Positions 8,114 to 16,062 of a stretch of 64,000 bases of DNA are shown here, in pieces (position 1 is the first letter of the stretch; each line of letters opens with the position of its first letter). Under the pieces are notes generated by a model, which ran no database searches, was not told the DNA's origin, and was given only the letters and a program-made list of their open reading frames with translations. This DNA comes from Methanomassiliicoccales archaeon (GTDB lineage: Archaea; Thermoplasmatota; Thermoplasmata; Methanomassiliicoccales; UBA472): the NCBI GenBank assembly GCA_035404085.1, contig DAONGL010000001.1, positions 135,878 to 199,877 on the forward strand, written 5' to 3'. The position numbers and the translations under genes were made by a program.

Positions 8114-9103
8114 TCACACCAGCTTCTCTGGGCAGGACTCTCGGCGGGAGCAGCTGGCGCACTTGCCCGGTCGGTTGTGGTTGCGGTGCACCTCTCCGCT
8201 GCGCATCAGCTTGCGCATCTCATCCACCTTTTCTAAAAGGATCTTCTCCAGCTCGGCGTCGAACTCGATCTCATGTTCCTCGCTCCCATATAGCAGAAGA
8301 CCGTACGGAGGGCGCTTGCCCGACGATTCCGCGATGAGCAGGCAATAGGTCGCCACCTGCAATATATGCGAGAACAACGGTCCTTTCGGGGTTCGTCCGG
8401 TCTTGAGGTCTCCCGGGATCAATTGACCGTCGATCTCCAGCACGAAGTCCGGTCGGCCGCTGAGCCCGTACCTCTCCGAGAGATACAACTGCGAATCGTC
8501 CGTTCCAACGTACTTGATCTCCCCCTCCAGGCCTTCGGCGTTCATACGCTCCCCGACCTTCTGGGAGGCGGAGAGCGACAAGTAAAGGGCGAGCGAGGCG
8601 GCAATCAGCCAGACCAGCGCCAAGGCCTCCAGTATCATGGAGACCATGGGGTCGGCCTGGATGAGGTTGCCGATGTTCATAGCCACCACCATGAGGACCA
8701 GTCCAACCATCGCCACTATCTGCAATCTTCGAACTTGGATGATGGCCCTCCCTCGCAGGGCTGAAAGATAGAGCATGGCGATCACCGCCAGGAACCAGAT
8801 GATGCTCAGCAGGGGCAATATCCATCCAATGTTCACACTGCCGGCGGCCCGCATCAAGGAGATGCCGGTGACGGCCAGCACGGTCGCCACCAGCGAGAAG
8901 AGGAAGACCATCCTTTCCCAGTCCCAGGCCTTCTGTTCTATGTTCCGGATTCGGCGATATTCATCGGCCTTGTCACGGTGTGCGGCATCCCCCCTCTCCT
9001 GCTCGGGGGTGCTGGACTGGGACTTCCGTCCCAACCACCAGCTGAGCGGGCAGTACCCATACCGCTCTAAATCGCTGGCGGAGATGACCTCGGTCCGGTC
9101 CAT
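8114..9103 (-). CDS. Cas4/DUF83-like PD-(D/E)XK nuclease with four inserted transmembrane segments
   Basis: N-terminus 'ISASDLERYGYCPLSWWL'. Core motifs 'GRPDF', 'PGDLKTG' and 'QVATY'. C-terminus 'CASCSRRESC' (C-x2-C-x5-C). Four hydrophobic 20-25-aa segments occupy aa ~65-177. Confidence 0.65.
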   Translation of the reverse strand: MDRTEVISASDLERYGYCPLSWWLGRKSQSSTPEQERGDAAHRDKADEYRRIRNIEQKAWDWERMVFLFSLVATVLAVTGISLMRAAGSVNIGWILPLLSIIWFLAVIAMLYLSALRGRAIIQVRRLQIVAMVGLVLMVVAMNIGNLIQADPMVSMILEALALVWLIAASLALYLSLSASQKVGERMNAEGLEGEIKYVGTDDSQLYLSERYGLSGRPDFVLEIDGQLIPGDLKTGRTPKGPLFSHILQVATYCLLIAESSGKRPPYGLLLYGSEEHEIEFDAELEKILLEKVDEMRKLMRSGEVHRNHNRPGKCASCSRRESCPEKLV

Positions 9104-9124
9104 GGACTAAAATAATGATGATAG

Positions 9125-9133
9125 ATATTTAAG
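9125..9133 (-). promoter_or_regulatory. TATA-like box upstream of the Cas4-like gene (TTAAATAT on minus strand)
   Basis: Located in the AT-rich 45-nt gap between the two nuclease genes, centred ~26 nt upstream of the ATG at 9103. This is consistent with a leaderless transcript. Confidence 0.35.
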
Positions 9134-9148
9134 GTGTTCAGCTTCCGT

Positions 9149-9910
9149 TCACTCTAGGTAACGGCAGTTCAGCCCGGTCAGGGAAGCGTCCGTTATATAG
9201 ATGCCGTCCTCCATGGTTATCTCGTCCACGAAACCGAACCAGTAGACGACCAGGCCTTGACCGAACAGCTCCACGTAAGGCGAGAGCTGCTTCTTGGTGT
9301 TCTTGTTGACCTCCACGAAATCGCCGAAGGAGGCCTTGGACTCTATCCAGTTGATCTTCCAACCGTTGACCATGATGGGTTTGTCCAGCAAGGCGTCAGG
9401 GGTCTTGGTGAAACTTCCGCGCAGATCGTTCTCCGTGCGGTAGGTTATGCCCTGGCTGTCCAGCCAGTCCTGAAGGTTCTTCTCGCCCCATTTCCCGCGC
9501 AATTTCTGCTTCAGGTCCCCCTCGGGAGAGTTGATGATGTCAGCGGCGGTTATCTCCTCGATCTGGCGGCGCAGCTCCTTGTCCGTTATGGCCTCCGGGT
9601 TGCGTACCAAGGCCCAGTACTGCTTGTTGGACCGTCCAGACTCATTGAAAAGGACCAGGCCGGTGAGCACGGGAGGAAATTCGTAGCGGCGCGCTATCTC
9701 CAACAAGGTCTCCCCGCTTCGCCAGGACCTGAGCAACCTTGGCGCGTCCCGCTTCACCTTATAATGCCTCTTCATGGACTCCCTCTGGGTCCTCTGGGAG
9801 TATATTACGGTCAGAAGCTCGCGGTCCAGGTTCAGTTCCTTGGAGAGAACATCGATATCAGAGGGTTCCTTCAATCGGTCGTACAGGTATTTGAAATCCT
9901 CATTCTTCAT
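9149..9910 (-). CDS. TPD-motif / CDIN1 (C15orf41)-like PD-(D/E)XK nuclease family protein
   Basis: 'SFTKTPDALLDKPIMVNGWKINWIESKASFG' matches the TPD...(D/E)xK family signature as I remember it. Start is taken at MKNEDF (9910); the track ORF extends to 9985. Confidence 0.6.
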   Translation of the reverse strand: MKNEDFKYLYDRLKEPSDIDVLSKELNLDRELLTVIYSQRTQRESMKRHYKVKRDAPRLLRSWRSGETLLEIARRYEFPPVLTGLVLFNESGRSNKQYWALVRNPEAITDKELRRQIEEITAADIINSPEGDLKQKLRGKWGEKNLQDWLDSQGITYRTENDLRGSFTKTPDALLDKPIMVNGWKINWIESKASFGDFVEVNKNTKKQLSPYVELFGQGLVVYWFGFVDEITMEDGIYITDASLTGLNCRYLE

Positions 9911-10026
9911 CCATTTCAACCTTGACGCCTTTCGTAGTCGAAGTATGATATATAATTCTTGTGAGTTGGCACGGACCAAAGGCACAGGACCATTGGCGGT
10001 CAGATAGATTGAAATTTCCGAATGCC

Positions 10027-10680
10027 ATGTATGAAATCCAGTGGGATGGATCCCTTTGGAGGATTAAGATGGACCTGAACAATTTCCTGGCATCCGAGAA
10101 CGGCCCGCCCTGGCTTCCAGCCAGTGTCGCCGAGGCCCGCAAGCTGGTCTACATCGGACAGCTCTTCGCCCTGATATTCGCATTGATAGCCCTGGTGATA
10201 GGCGTGCTGAACATCATATCCGGCACATTATACACAGGGGCTTACTCCTTGGTAGCCGCCGCCCTGGGCATGGTGCTCCTGTTCATGCTGAAGAAACAGG
10301 TCTTCGCCAACCTCGATCAGGGAAGGTTCAAGCAGGCCAGCAACTCCCTTCTCATCTGGACGGTCGTGGGCTTCTTCGTCTGGGTCATTCCCGGTCTCAT
10401 ATTGCTCATCGGGTTCCTGAAGCTACAGGGCGTCTTCCAGCTGCAGTACCAGGACTACCAGGCCCAGCAGTATCAGGTGGCGCAGGAGCCTCAGGCCCAG
10501 CAGGCACCGCCCGCGCAGCCGGCTCCGGCTCAGCCCGCCCCCGTCGCTCCTGAGCAGCCCGCTCCCGCTCCGGCGGAGCACAAGGAAAAGAAGGTTGAGA
10601 TGGCCAAGTGCCGCAAGTGCGGTGTCAACTATCCGGCCTTCATGCACAACTGCCCGAACTGCAACGAGCCCCGGCACTAG
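10027..10680 (+). CDS. Membrane protein with Q/P/A-rich linker and C-terminal zinc ribbon
   Basis: Three to four hydrophobic helices, then a 'QAQQAPPAQPAPAQPAPVAPEQPAPAPA' linker, then 'CRKCGVNYPAFMHNCPNCN'. Start is taken at the first ATG (MYEIQW); the track ORF starts at GTG 9961. Confidence 0.55.
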   Translation: MYEIQWDGSLWRIKMDLNNFLASENGPPWLPASVAEARKLVYIGQLFALIFALIALVIGVLNIISGTLYTGAYSLVAAALGMVLLFMLKKQVFANLDQGRFKQASNSLLIWTVVGFFVWVIPGLILLIGFLKLQGVFQLQYQDYQAQQYQVAQEPQAQQAPPAQPAPAQPAPVAPEQPAPAPAEHKEKKVEMAKCRKCGVNYPAFMHNCPNCNEPRH

Positions 10681-10904
10681 GCCTGGAAAACAACTTCCCC
10701 TTTCTTTTCTATCTTTACTATCCGGTGGTAGGGTATCTGCCCTTCCCCTACCGTGAAGAAAGACCTGTCCAGGTCGGTGATGCTCTCGCCCTTTACTGAT
10801 GCCAGGTCGTCCGGTCCGCCGCGGTGGATGTAAGTGATTACGACATCGTGCAGACCGCCGTCTCCCCATCGCAACTTGCTGAGGACCTGCCGGGGATAGG
10901 TCAT
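10677..10904 (-). CDS. UPF0248/DUF504-like small protein
   Basis: 75 aa containing '...IPYHRIVKIEKKGEVVF', which resembles the archaeal DUF504 family. The 3' ends overlap convergently by 4 nt with the previous gene. Confidence 0.55.
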   Translation of the reverse strand: MTYPRQVLSKLRWGDGGLHDVVITYIHRGGPDDLASVKGESITDLDRSFFTVGEGQIPYHRIVKIEKKGEVVFQA

Positions 10905-10964
10905 GATCGTTCATCGGAAGGAACGGTCAAAAGGTTTTTGCATTCCCAAGGCTGAATCGGTTCC

Positions 10965-12590
10965 ATGAGCCGGAAGTCGGTCGAAGGTCAGTTGGTGGAC
11001 GTGGTGAACGGAAAGATCGTCCCCAGCCGGGTGATCATGGAGGACGGCAAGTTCTCGGAGATCGTCGCTCTTCCCGACGCACCCAAGAGATACTTGCTGC
11101 CCGGTCTTATCGATTCCCACATCCATATCGAATCATCCCAGTTGTGTCCTTCGCGCTTCGCCGAGGCGGCGGTGCCGCACGGCACGACGGCCGTGGTATC
11201 CGATCCGCATGAGATAGCCAACGTACTGGGGATGAATGGCATCGAACTCCTGTTGGAGGACGCGGCGAACGTGCCGTTGCGAACATACCTTACCGCCCCC
11301 TCCTGCGTTCCTGCCACCCAGTACGAGAGGTCCGGGGCGACCATAGGGGTGGCGGAGATCGAGGCCATGCTCAAGGACCCTCGTTTCGTCGGTCTCGGCG
11401 AGGTCATGGACGTGCAAGGGGTGCTGAAGTACGACCCGCTCATCATCGCCAAGATCAAGGCGGCCAAATCCTTCTGGAAAGGGATCGACGGGCACTGCCC
11501 CGGTCTGGTCGGAAAAGACCTGGTGAAGTACATCAACGCCGGGATGCGCACGGACCACGAGAGCCTTACCGCCGACGAGGCGGAAGAGAAGTACTTCCTG
11601 GGGATGTGGATACAGGTGCGGGAGGGCAGCGCCTCCCGGGACCTTCTCTCCCTAATGCCCTTCGCCAAGACGCACGAGTGCATGCTGGTCTCCGACGATC
11701 TCAGGGCCAGGGACCTGGTGAACGGTCATCTGGACGTTCTGCTGAGAAAGGCGGTCGCCCTAGGCATGCCGCCCATGCACGCCATCCGGGCGGTGACGGC
11801 CTGGCCGGCATGGCATTACAACCTGCCCGGGGGAAGCGTGGCCGTCGGCCGGACGGCCGATCTGGTGGTCGTGGACGACCTGCGCAATTTCAACGTCCTG
11901 CAGGTATACATCGCCGGGAGGCTGGTGGCCGAGGACGGCGTCCCGCTATTCCTAGCCGAGCCAAGGACCAACGGTCTTGGTATTATGCCCAGGGACCTGG
12001 TCGGCGAGGACATGTTGCTGCCGGCGGAAGGGCAGAAGGTGTCCGTCAGGGTGATCGAGGCCTTCCCGGACCGCATCGAGAGCGGTTCTCTGGTCACCGA
12101 GCTGCCGGTAAGGGGCGGGCAGGTCAGAGCGCTTCCGGAGCAGGACGTGCTCCATATGGCTCTGGTCAACCGCTACGTGGAGGAGAGGCCGGTACTGGGA
12201 TTCGTAAAAGGTTTCGGTCTGAGGCGGGGGGCCATGGCTACGAGCGTCGCACACGATTCCCATCACATCCTGGCCGTGGGCGCGTCGATCGATGATATGG
12301 CGAGGGCGATCAACGCCGTCTCCCGCTCCGGGGGCTTCGCGGTATGCGATGGAAGCGACATATCCACGTTGCCATTGGATCTGGCCGGCCTTATGAGCAC
12401 CTCCCCCGCCCGGGTCGTGGCTCAGAAGGAAAGCGAGCTGGTAGATATGCTGGCGGGAATGGGTTGCCGCATGCCGGCTCCGTTCATGACCCTCTCGTTC
12501 CAATCGCTTCTCGTGGTTCCCGAACTGAAGATGAGCGACCGCGGGCTCTTCGACACCCGGCGGATGGTCGTGGTTCCGCCCTTACTTTAG
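10965..12590 (+). CDS. ade: Adenine deaminase
   Basis: 'LLPGLIDSHIHIESSQL...GTTAVVSDPHEIANV' is the amidohydrolase metal-binding signature typical of adenine deaminase. Length is 541 aa. Confidence 0.85.
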   Translation: MSRKSVEGQLVDVVNGKIVPSRVIMEDGKFSEIVALPDAPKRYLLPGLIDSHIHIESSQLCPSRFAEAAVPHGTTAVVSDPHEIANVLGMNGIELLLEDAANVPLRTYLTAPSCVPATQYERSGATIGVAEIEAMLKDPRFVGLGEVMDVQGVLKYDPLIIAKIKAAKSFWKGIDGHCPGLVGKDLVKYINAGMRTDHESLTADEAEEKYFLGMWIQVREGSASRDLLSLMPFAKTHECMLVSDDLRARDLVNGHLDVLLRKAVALGMPPMHAIRAVTAWPAWHYNLPGGSVAVGRTADLVVVDDLRNFNVLQVYIAGRLVAEDGVPLFLAEPRTNGLGIMPRDLVGEDMLLPAEGQKVSVRVIEAFPDRIESGSLVTELPVRGGQVRALPEQDVLHMALVNRYVEERPVLGFVKGFGLRRGAMATSVAHDSHHILAVGASIDDMARAINAVSRSGGFAVCDGSDISTLPLDLAGLMSTSPARVVAQKESELVDMLAGMGCRMPAPFMTLSFQSLLVVPELKMSDRGLFDTRRMVVVPPLL

Positions 12591-12645
12591 GAGGCAAACA
12601 TTATTTTCCCGCATTACGGTCGTGGTGCCCAACGGGGTGGACCGG

Positions 12646-13332
12646 ATGGATAAGGTGGAGAGCTTCAAGTGCCGTATTCTGACCTGGGACGAGATCGCGC
12701 GGTGGACAGAGGCCGTGGCCAACGACATAGCTGACAATGGTTTCCGCCCGACCGTGGTCATCGGCCTCACCCGCGGCGGCTGGGTTCCTGCCCGGGTGAT
12801 ATGCGATCATCTGCAAGTTAAGCGCCTCTACGCGGTGAAGACCGAACATTGGGGGGTGACCGCCAACACGGACGGGAAAGCGCTTCTGACGCAGGAGCTC
12901 AACGCCAGCATAGTGGGCGAGTCCGTTCTGATCGTGGACGACATCACGGACACCGGGGAGAGCTTGATGCTGGCCGAGAAGCACCTAAAGGCCATGGGGC
13001 CGAAAGAGGTGCGCACCGCGACCTTATTGCACATCACCCATTCCAAGAAGCAACCGGACTTTTTCGAGGTCGAGGTCCCGAAGGAGGACTGGACCTGGTT
13101 CATATTCCCCTGGAACCTGCACGAGGACCTGCGCACGATCCTACCAAAGACGCTCTACCAGCCTCAGACCGTCCTGGGCATCCAGAAGGGCTTCAAGGAG
13201 CAGTTCCAGATAGATGTGCCCGAGGACCTCATTCGCCGCACGCTGAAACATCTGACAGTATCCGGCAAGGTCAAGAAGAAAGGGGCCAAATGGCAGAGGA
13301 CCGACGGTGACGAGGCTCTGCCGCGAAAGTGA
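12646..13332 (+). CDS. Purine phosphoribosyltransferase (type I PRTase) with C-terminal extension
   Basis: 'VLIVDDITDTGESL' is the PRPP-binding motif. An ~80-aa basic C-terminal tail follows. ATG at 12646 is preferred over the track GTG at 12622. Confidence 0.7.
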   Translation: MDKVESFKCRILTWDEIARWTEAVANDIADNGFRPTVVIGLTRGGWVPARVICDHLQVKRLYAVKTEHWGVTANTDGKALLTQELNASIVGESVLIVDDITDTGESLMLAEKHLKAMGPKEVRTATLLHITHSKKQPDFFEVEVPKEDWTWFIFPWNLHEDLRTILPKTLYQPQTVLGIQKGFKEQFQIDVPEDLIRRTLKHLTVSGKVKKKGAKWQRTDGDEALPRK

Positions 13333-13635
13333 TCAGATCTCTATGTACACATCATCCCCTTCCAGGGAGACGATGTAGACCCGCAGGTCCTTGGCTCCGG
13401 AATGAGTGACCTTCTTTCCGTCGTGGACATCGAACGTCGCGCCATGCGCCGGGCAGACCACCGCTCCATCGCGAACCGTTCCGTAGGCAAGATCGAACCC
13501 GGCGTGCGAGCACTTACCGTCCATTCCGAACAATTGCCCCTGGTAACGCCCGACCACGAACTTCCGTCCGTCGACCATCACCGATCTGAGCCGTCCCTCT
13601 TTGATGTCCGCGTCCTTGCCGACCAGAACCTTCAT
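13333..13635 (-). CDS. Rieske [2Fe-2S] domain protein
   Basis: 'CSHAGFDL' ... 'CPAHGATF' are the CxH / CxxH Rieske ligands. Length is 100 aa. Confidence 0.8.
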   Translation of the reverse strand: MKVLVGKDADIKEGRLRSVMVDGRKFVVGRYQGQLFGMDGKCSHAGFDLAYGTVRDGAVVCPAHGATFDVHDGKKVTHSGAKDLRVYIVSLEGDDVYIEI

Positions 13636-13725
13636 GTCAGCCGAATCCCAGCATCAGGCATATAATGACTGCCAAGGAAATCGCACAATTAATGAGCGAC
13701 CAGTGCGATATCCGTTACGAGCTGC

Positions 13726-14280
13726 ATGTTGGAGAAATTGAAGGAGAGCCTGGAACGGAGCGATATCGTCCGCTTCGGGGAGTACCAGTATTTCGTGCAC
13801 CCCATCACTGACGGCATTCCGGCCATGGACCCCCAGGTGCTGGACGAGGTGCTTGACCGCATATACGACCTCCTGGACCTGAACGTCGATTATCTGGTGG
13901 GGGCGGAGGCCATGGCCATACCGCTCATCGTGCCGTTATCGTTGATGACCGGCATTCCCTACAACGTGGTCAGGAAGAGAAGGTATGGTCTGCCGGGCGA
14001 GGTGAGCGTTCGCCAGACCACAGGTTATTCGGAGAAGGAGCTTTACATCAACGGATTGAAGAAAGGGGACCGGGTAATAGTGCTGGATGACGTGGTCAGC
14101 ACAGGCGGGACGCTCCGGGCGATCGTCAAGGCGCTCAAGACGATGGGTGTCGACGTCAGGGACATCATCGTGGTGGTCAAGAAGACGGACAAGCTGGAAG
14201 AACTGGAAAAGGACATCGGCCAGAAGGTCCGCACCCTGGTGAGCGTGGAAGTTAAGGACGGCAAGGTCCACGTCATTTGA
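13726..14280 (+). CDS. hpt: Hypoxanthine/guanine phosphoribosyltransferase (archaeal type)
   Basis: 'GEYQYFVHPITDGIP' N-terminal region and 'VIVLDDVVSTGGTLRAIVKAL' PRPP motif. Length is 184 aa. Confidence 0.75.
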   Translation: MLEKLKESLERSDIVRFGEYQYFVHPITDGIPAMDPQVLDEVLDRIYDLLDLNVDYLVGAEAMAIPLIVPLSLMTGIPYNVVRKRRYGLPGEVSVRQTTGYSEKELYINGLKKGDRVIVLDDVVSTGGTLRAIVKALKTMGVDVRDIIVVVKKTDKLEELEKDIGQKVRTLVSVEVKDGKVHVI

Positions 14281-15061
14281 CCAGGCGCTTCTTCATCAGA
14301 TATACCGACCCGAGGAAGCACACCGCCGTTAGGACGATGATGTAAGCGGCTCCGATCGCAACTTCCGTCGTAAGCATGTTGTACGAGAGGTCCCTGGTCA
14401 TGTTGGATATGTGCGTCAGCGGTAACGTCATCGCCAGCTGCTGGCCCCATTCCGGCAGCACGCTCAAAGGAAAGAACGTCCCGCTGAAAAGGAACATCGG
14501 CGTGATGAACAGGAAGAACGGGTAGTTGAAGGAGTCCATGTTCGGCACCAGGGCGGTGAAAAGCATCGCTAACGAAGCGAACATCAGTCCTCCGACGAAG
14601 GCGATCAACGGTATCAACAGCAATCCCGGCAGTTCTGCGTAACCCAGTACCGCTATGACGCCCAGGACTATGGTGGCGTTCACGAAGCTCTTGGTCGCCC
14701 CCCAGAGTATCTCCCCGGTGATGATGTCCTCCAGTGATAACGGTGTCGCGAGTATGGCGTCGAACGTCTTCTGATAGTACATTCGAACGAAGGAGGAGTA
14801 GGTGCATTCAAAGAACGCGCCGTACATGATGCTGATAGCAACGAGACCGGGAGCCAGGAACTTTATGTATTCCACGCTCTCCCCGCCGTACACTATGTCG
14901 GCTTGAATGAGCGCTCCGAAGCCCAGGCCCATGGCCACCAGGTATAGTATCGGCTCCAGGAACGGCGGGAGGAAGTTGGTCTTCCAGGTGGTCAGGAACA
15001 CATCACGATTGCGTTTCCAGAGGGCGAGGGAGCGCCAGGAGATGTTGGATATGAGGCTCAT
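14273..15061 (-). CDS. ABC-2 type transporter permease
   Basis: Six hydrophobic helices. Start 'MSLISNISWRSLALWKRN' overlaps the ATPase stop (ATGA). The track ORF extension to 15367 overlaps the ATPase gene. Confidence 0.8.
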   Translation of the reverse strand: MSLISNISWRSLALWKRNRDVFLTTWKTNFLPPFLEPILYLVAMGLGFGALIQADIVYGGESVEYIKFLAPGLVAISIMYGAFFECTYSSFVRMYYQKTFDAILATPLSLEDIITGEILWGATKSFVNATIVLGVIAVLGYAELPGLLLIPLIAFVGGLMFASLAMLFTALVPNMDSFNYPFFLFITPMFLFSGTFFPLSVLPEWGQQLAMTLPLTHISNMTRDLSYNMLTTEVAIGAAYIIVLTAVCFLGSVYLMKKRLVK

Positions 15062-15990
15062 TCCACCAGCGCCCTCCCGGTGGAGCGGAGGAACACATCC
15101 TCCAGCGTGGCGTTCCTGATGAGGTAGTAGCTCATGGCGAAGCGTTCCTTGATCTCGGCTGCCGTCTTCTGCCCTTCCTTGGTGAATATCAGCAGGCGGT
15201 CGATGGTGCGTTCGTACTGCCATCCCTGGCCTTTCACGTACGCTTCCATTTCGTCCGTAGGGACATCTATCTCCATCACGTCCGTTCCGATGACGGAATC
15301 GATGAGGTCCCGCGGTTTTCCTTCCAGGATTATCTTGCCATGGTCCATGATGACCAGGCGGTCGCACAACCGCTCCGCCTCATCCATGTAATGAGTGGTA
15401 AGGATGACCGTGACCTTCTTGCGCTTCAGCTCGCGCACCTTCTCCCAGATGAGGTGGCGGGCCTGAGGGTCCAGTCCCGTCGTCGGCTCGTCCAGTATTA
15501 GCAGCCGAGGGTCGTTCATCATGGCCCGGGCGATGATCAGGCGGCGCTTCATTCCCCCGGAGATCTCCTGGATGCGCTCGTCCCGCTTCTCGCTCAGCTG
15601 CATGAACTCCAATAGCCGGTCAGCGCGTTCCTCGAGCACATCCTTTGGCAGACCAAAATAGCGTCCGTAGACGGTCAGGTTCCGACGCACCGTGAAATCG
15701 GGGTCCAGGTTGTTCTCCTGCGGGGCTACGCCGATGACGGCCTTGACGTCCCTGGAACGGTCGTTCACGTCCATCCCCAGCACCTCCAGCTTCCCGGAGG
15801 TTATAGGGCTGGCGCAATGCATCATGCGCATCGTAGTGCTCTTTCCAGCTCCGTTAGGCCCGAGGAACCCGAAGCACTCGCCCTCCTCGATCTGAAAATC
15901 GATGGCGTCCACTGCTCTCAGTTCGTCGAACACCTTGGTGAGCTTCTCCGCGCGCACGGCTGGCATGAACGGCCCGCTATCGATTTGCAT
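15058..15990 (-). CDS. ABC transporter ATP-binding protein (DrrA/ABC-2 exporter type)
   Basis: Walker A 'GPNGAGKSTT', signature 'ISGGMKRRL', Walker B 'LLILDEPTTGLD'. Confidence 0.9.
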   Translation of the reverse strand: MQIDSGPFMPAVRAEKLTKVFDELRAVDAIDFQIEEGECFGFLGPNGAGKSTTMRMMHCASPITSGKLEVLGMDVNDRSRDVKAVIGVAPQENNLDPDFTVRRNLTVYGRYFGLPKDVLEERADRLLEFMQLSEKRDERIQEISGGMKRRLIIARAMMNDPRLLILDEPTTGLDPQARHLIWEKVRELKRKKVTVILTTHYMDEAERLCDRLVIMDHGKIILEGKPRDLIDSVIGTDVMEIDVPTDEMEAYVKGQGWQYERTIDRLLIFTKEGQKTAAEIKERFAMSYYLIRNATLEDVFLRSTGRALVE

Positions 15991-16062
15991 GTATTAAGCA
16001 GGAATGCCGGTTAGCCTGACTGCAGTCACTGGGCTATTGACCAGTGGTACGGCTGGTCCAGC

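Noticed and set aside
10441-10570. Repetitive CAG/CCG/GCC-rich DNA
   Set aside because: It lies inside a good ORF and encodes a Q/P/A-rich low-complexity linker ('QAQQAPPAQPAPAQPAPVAPEQPAPAPA'). It is not a tandem repeat element or CRISPR.
15062-15367. Upstream extensions of several track ORFs: the permease to 15367, L30 to 26876, Rpp29 to 32631, Pcc1 to 43507, L3 to 37465 and PolB to 19823
   Set aside because: Each extension overlaps the well-supported upstream gene and translates to Arg/Gly/Pro-rich sequence. Internal ATGs next to the upstream stop give family-typical N-termini.
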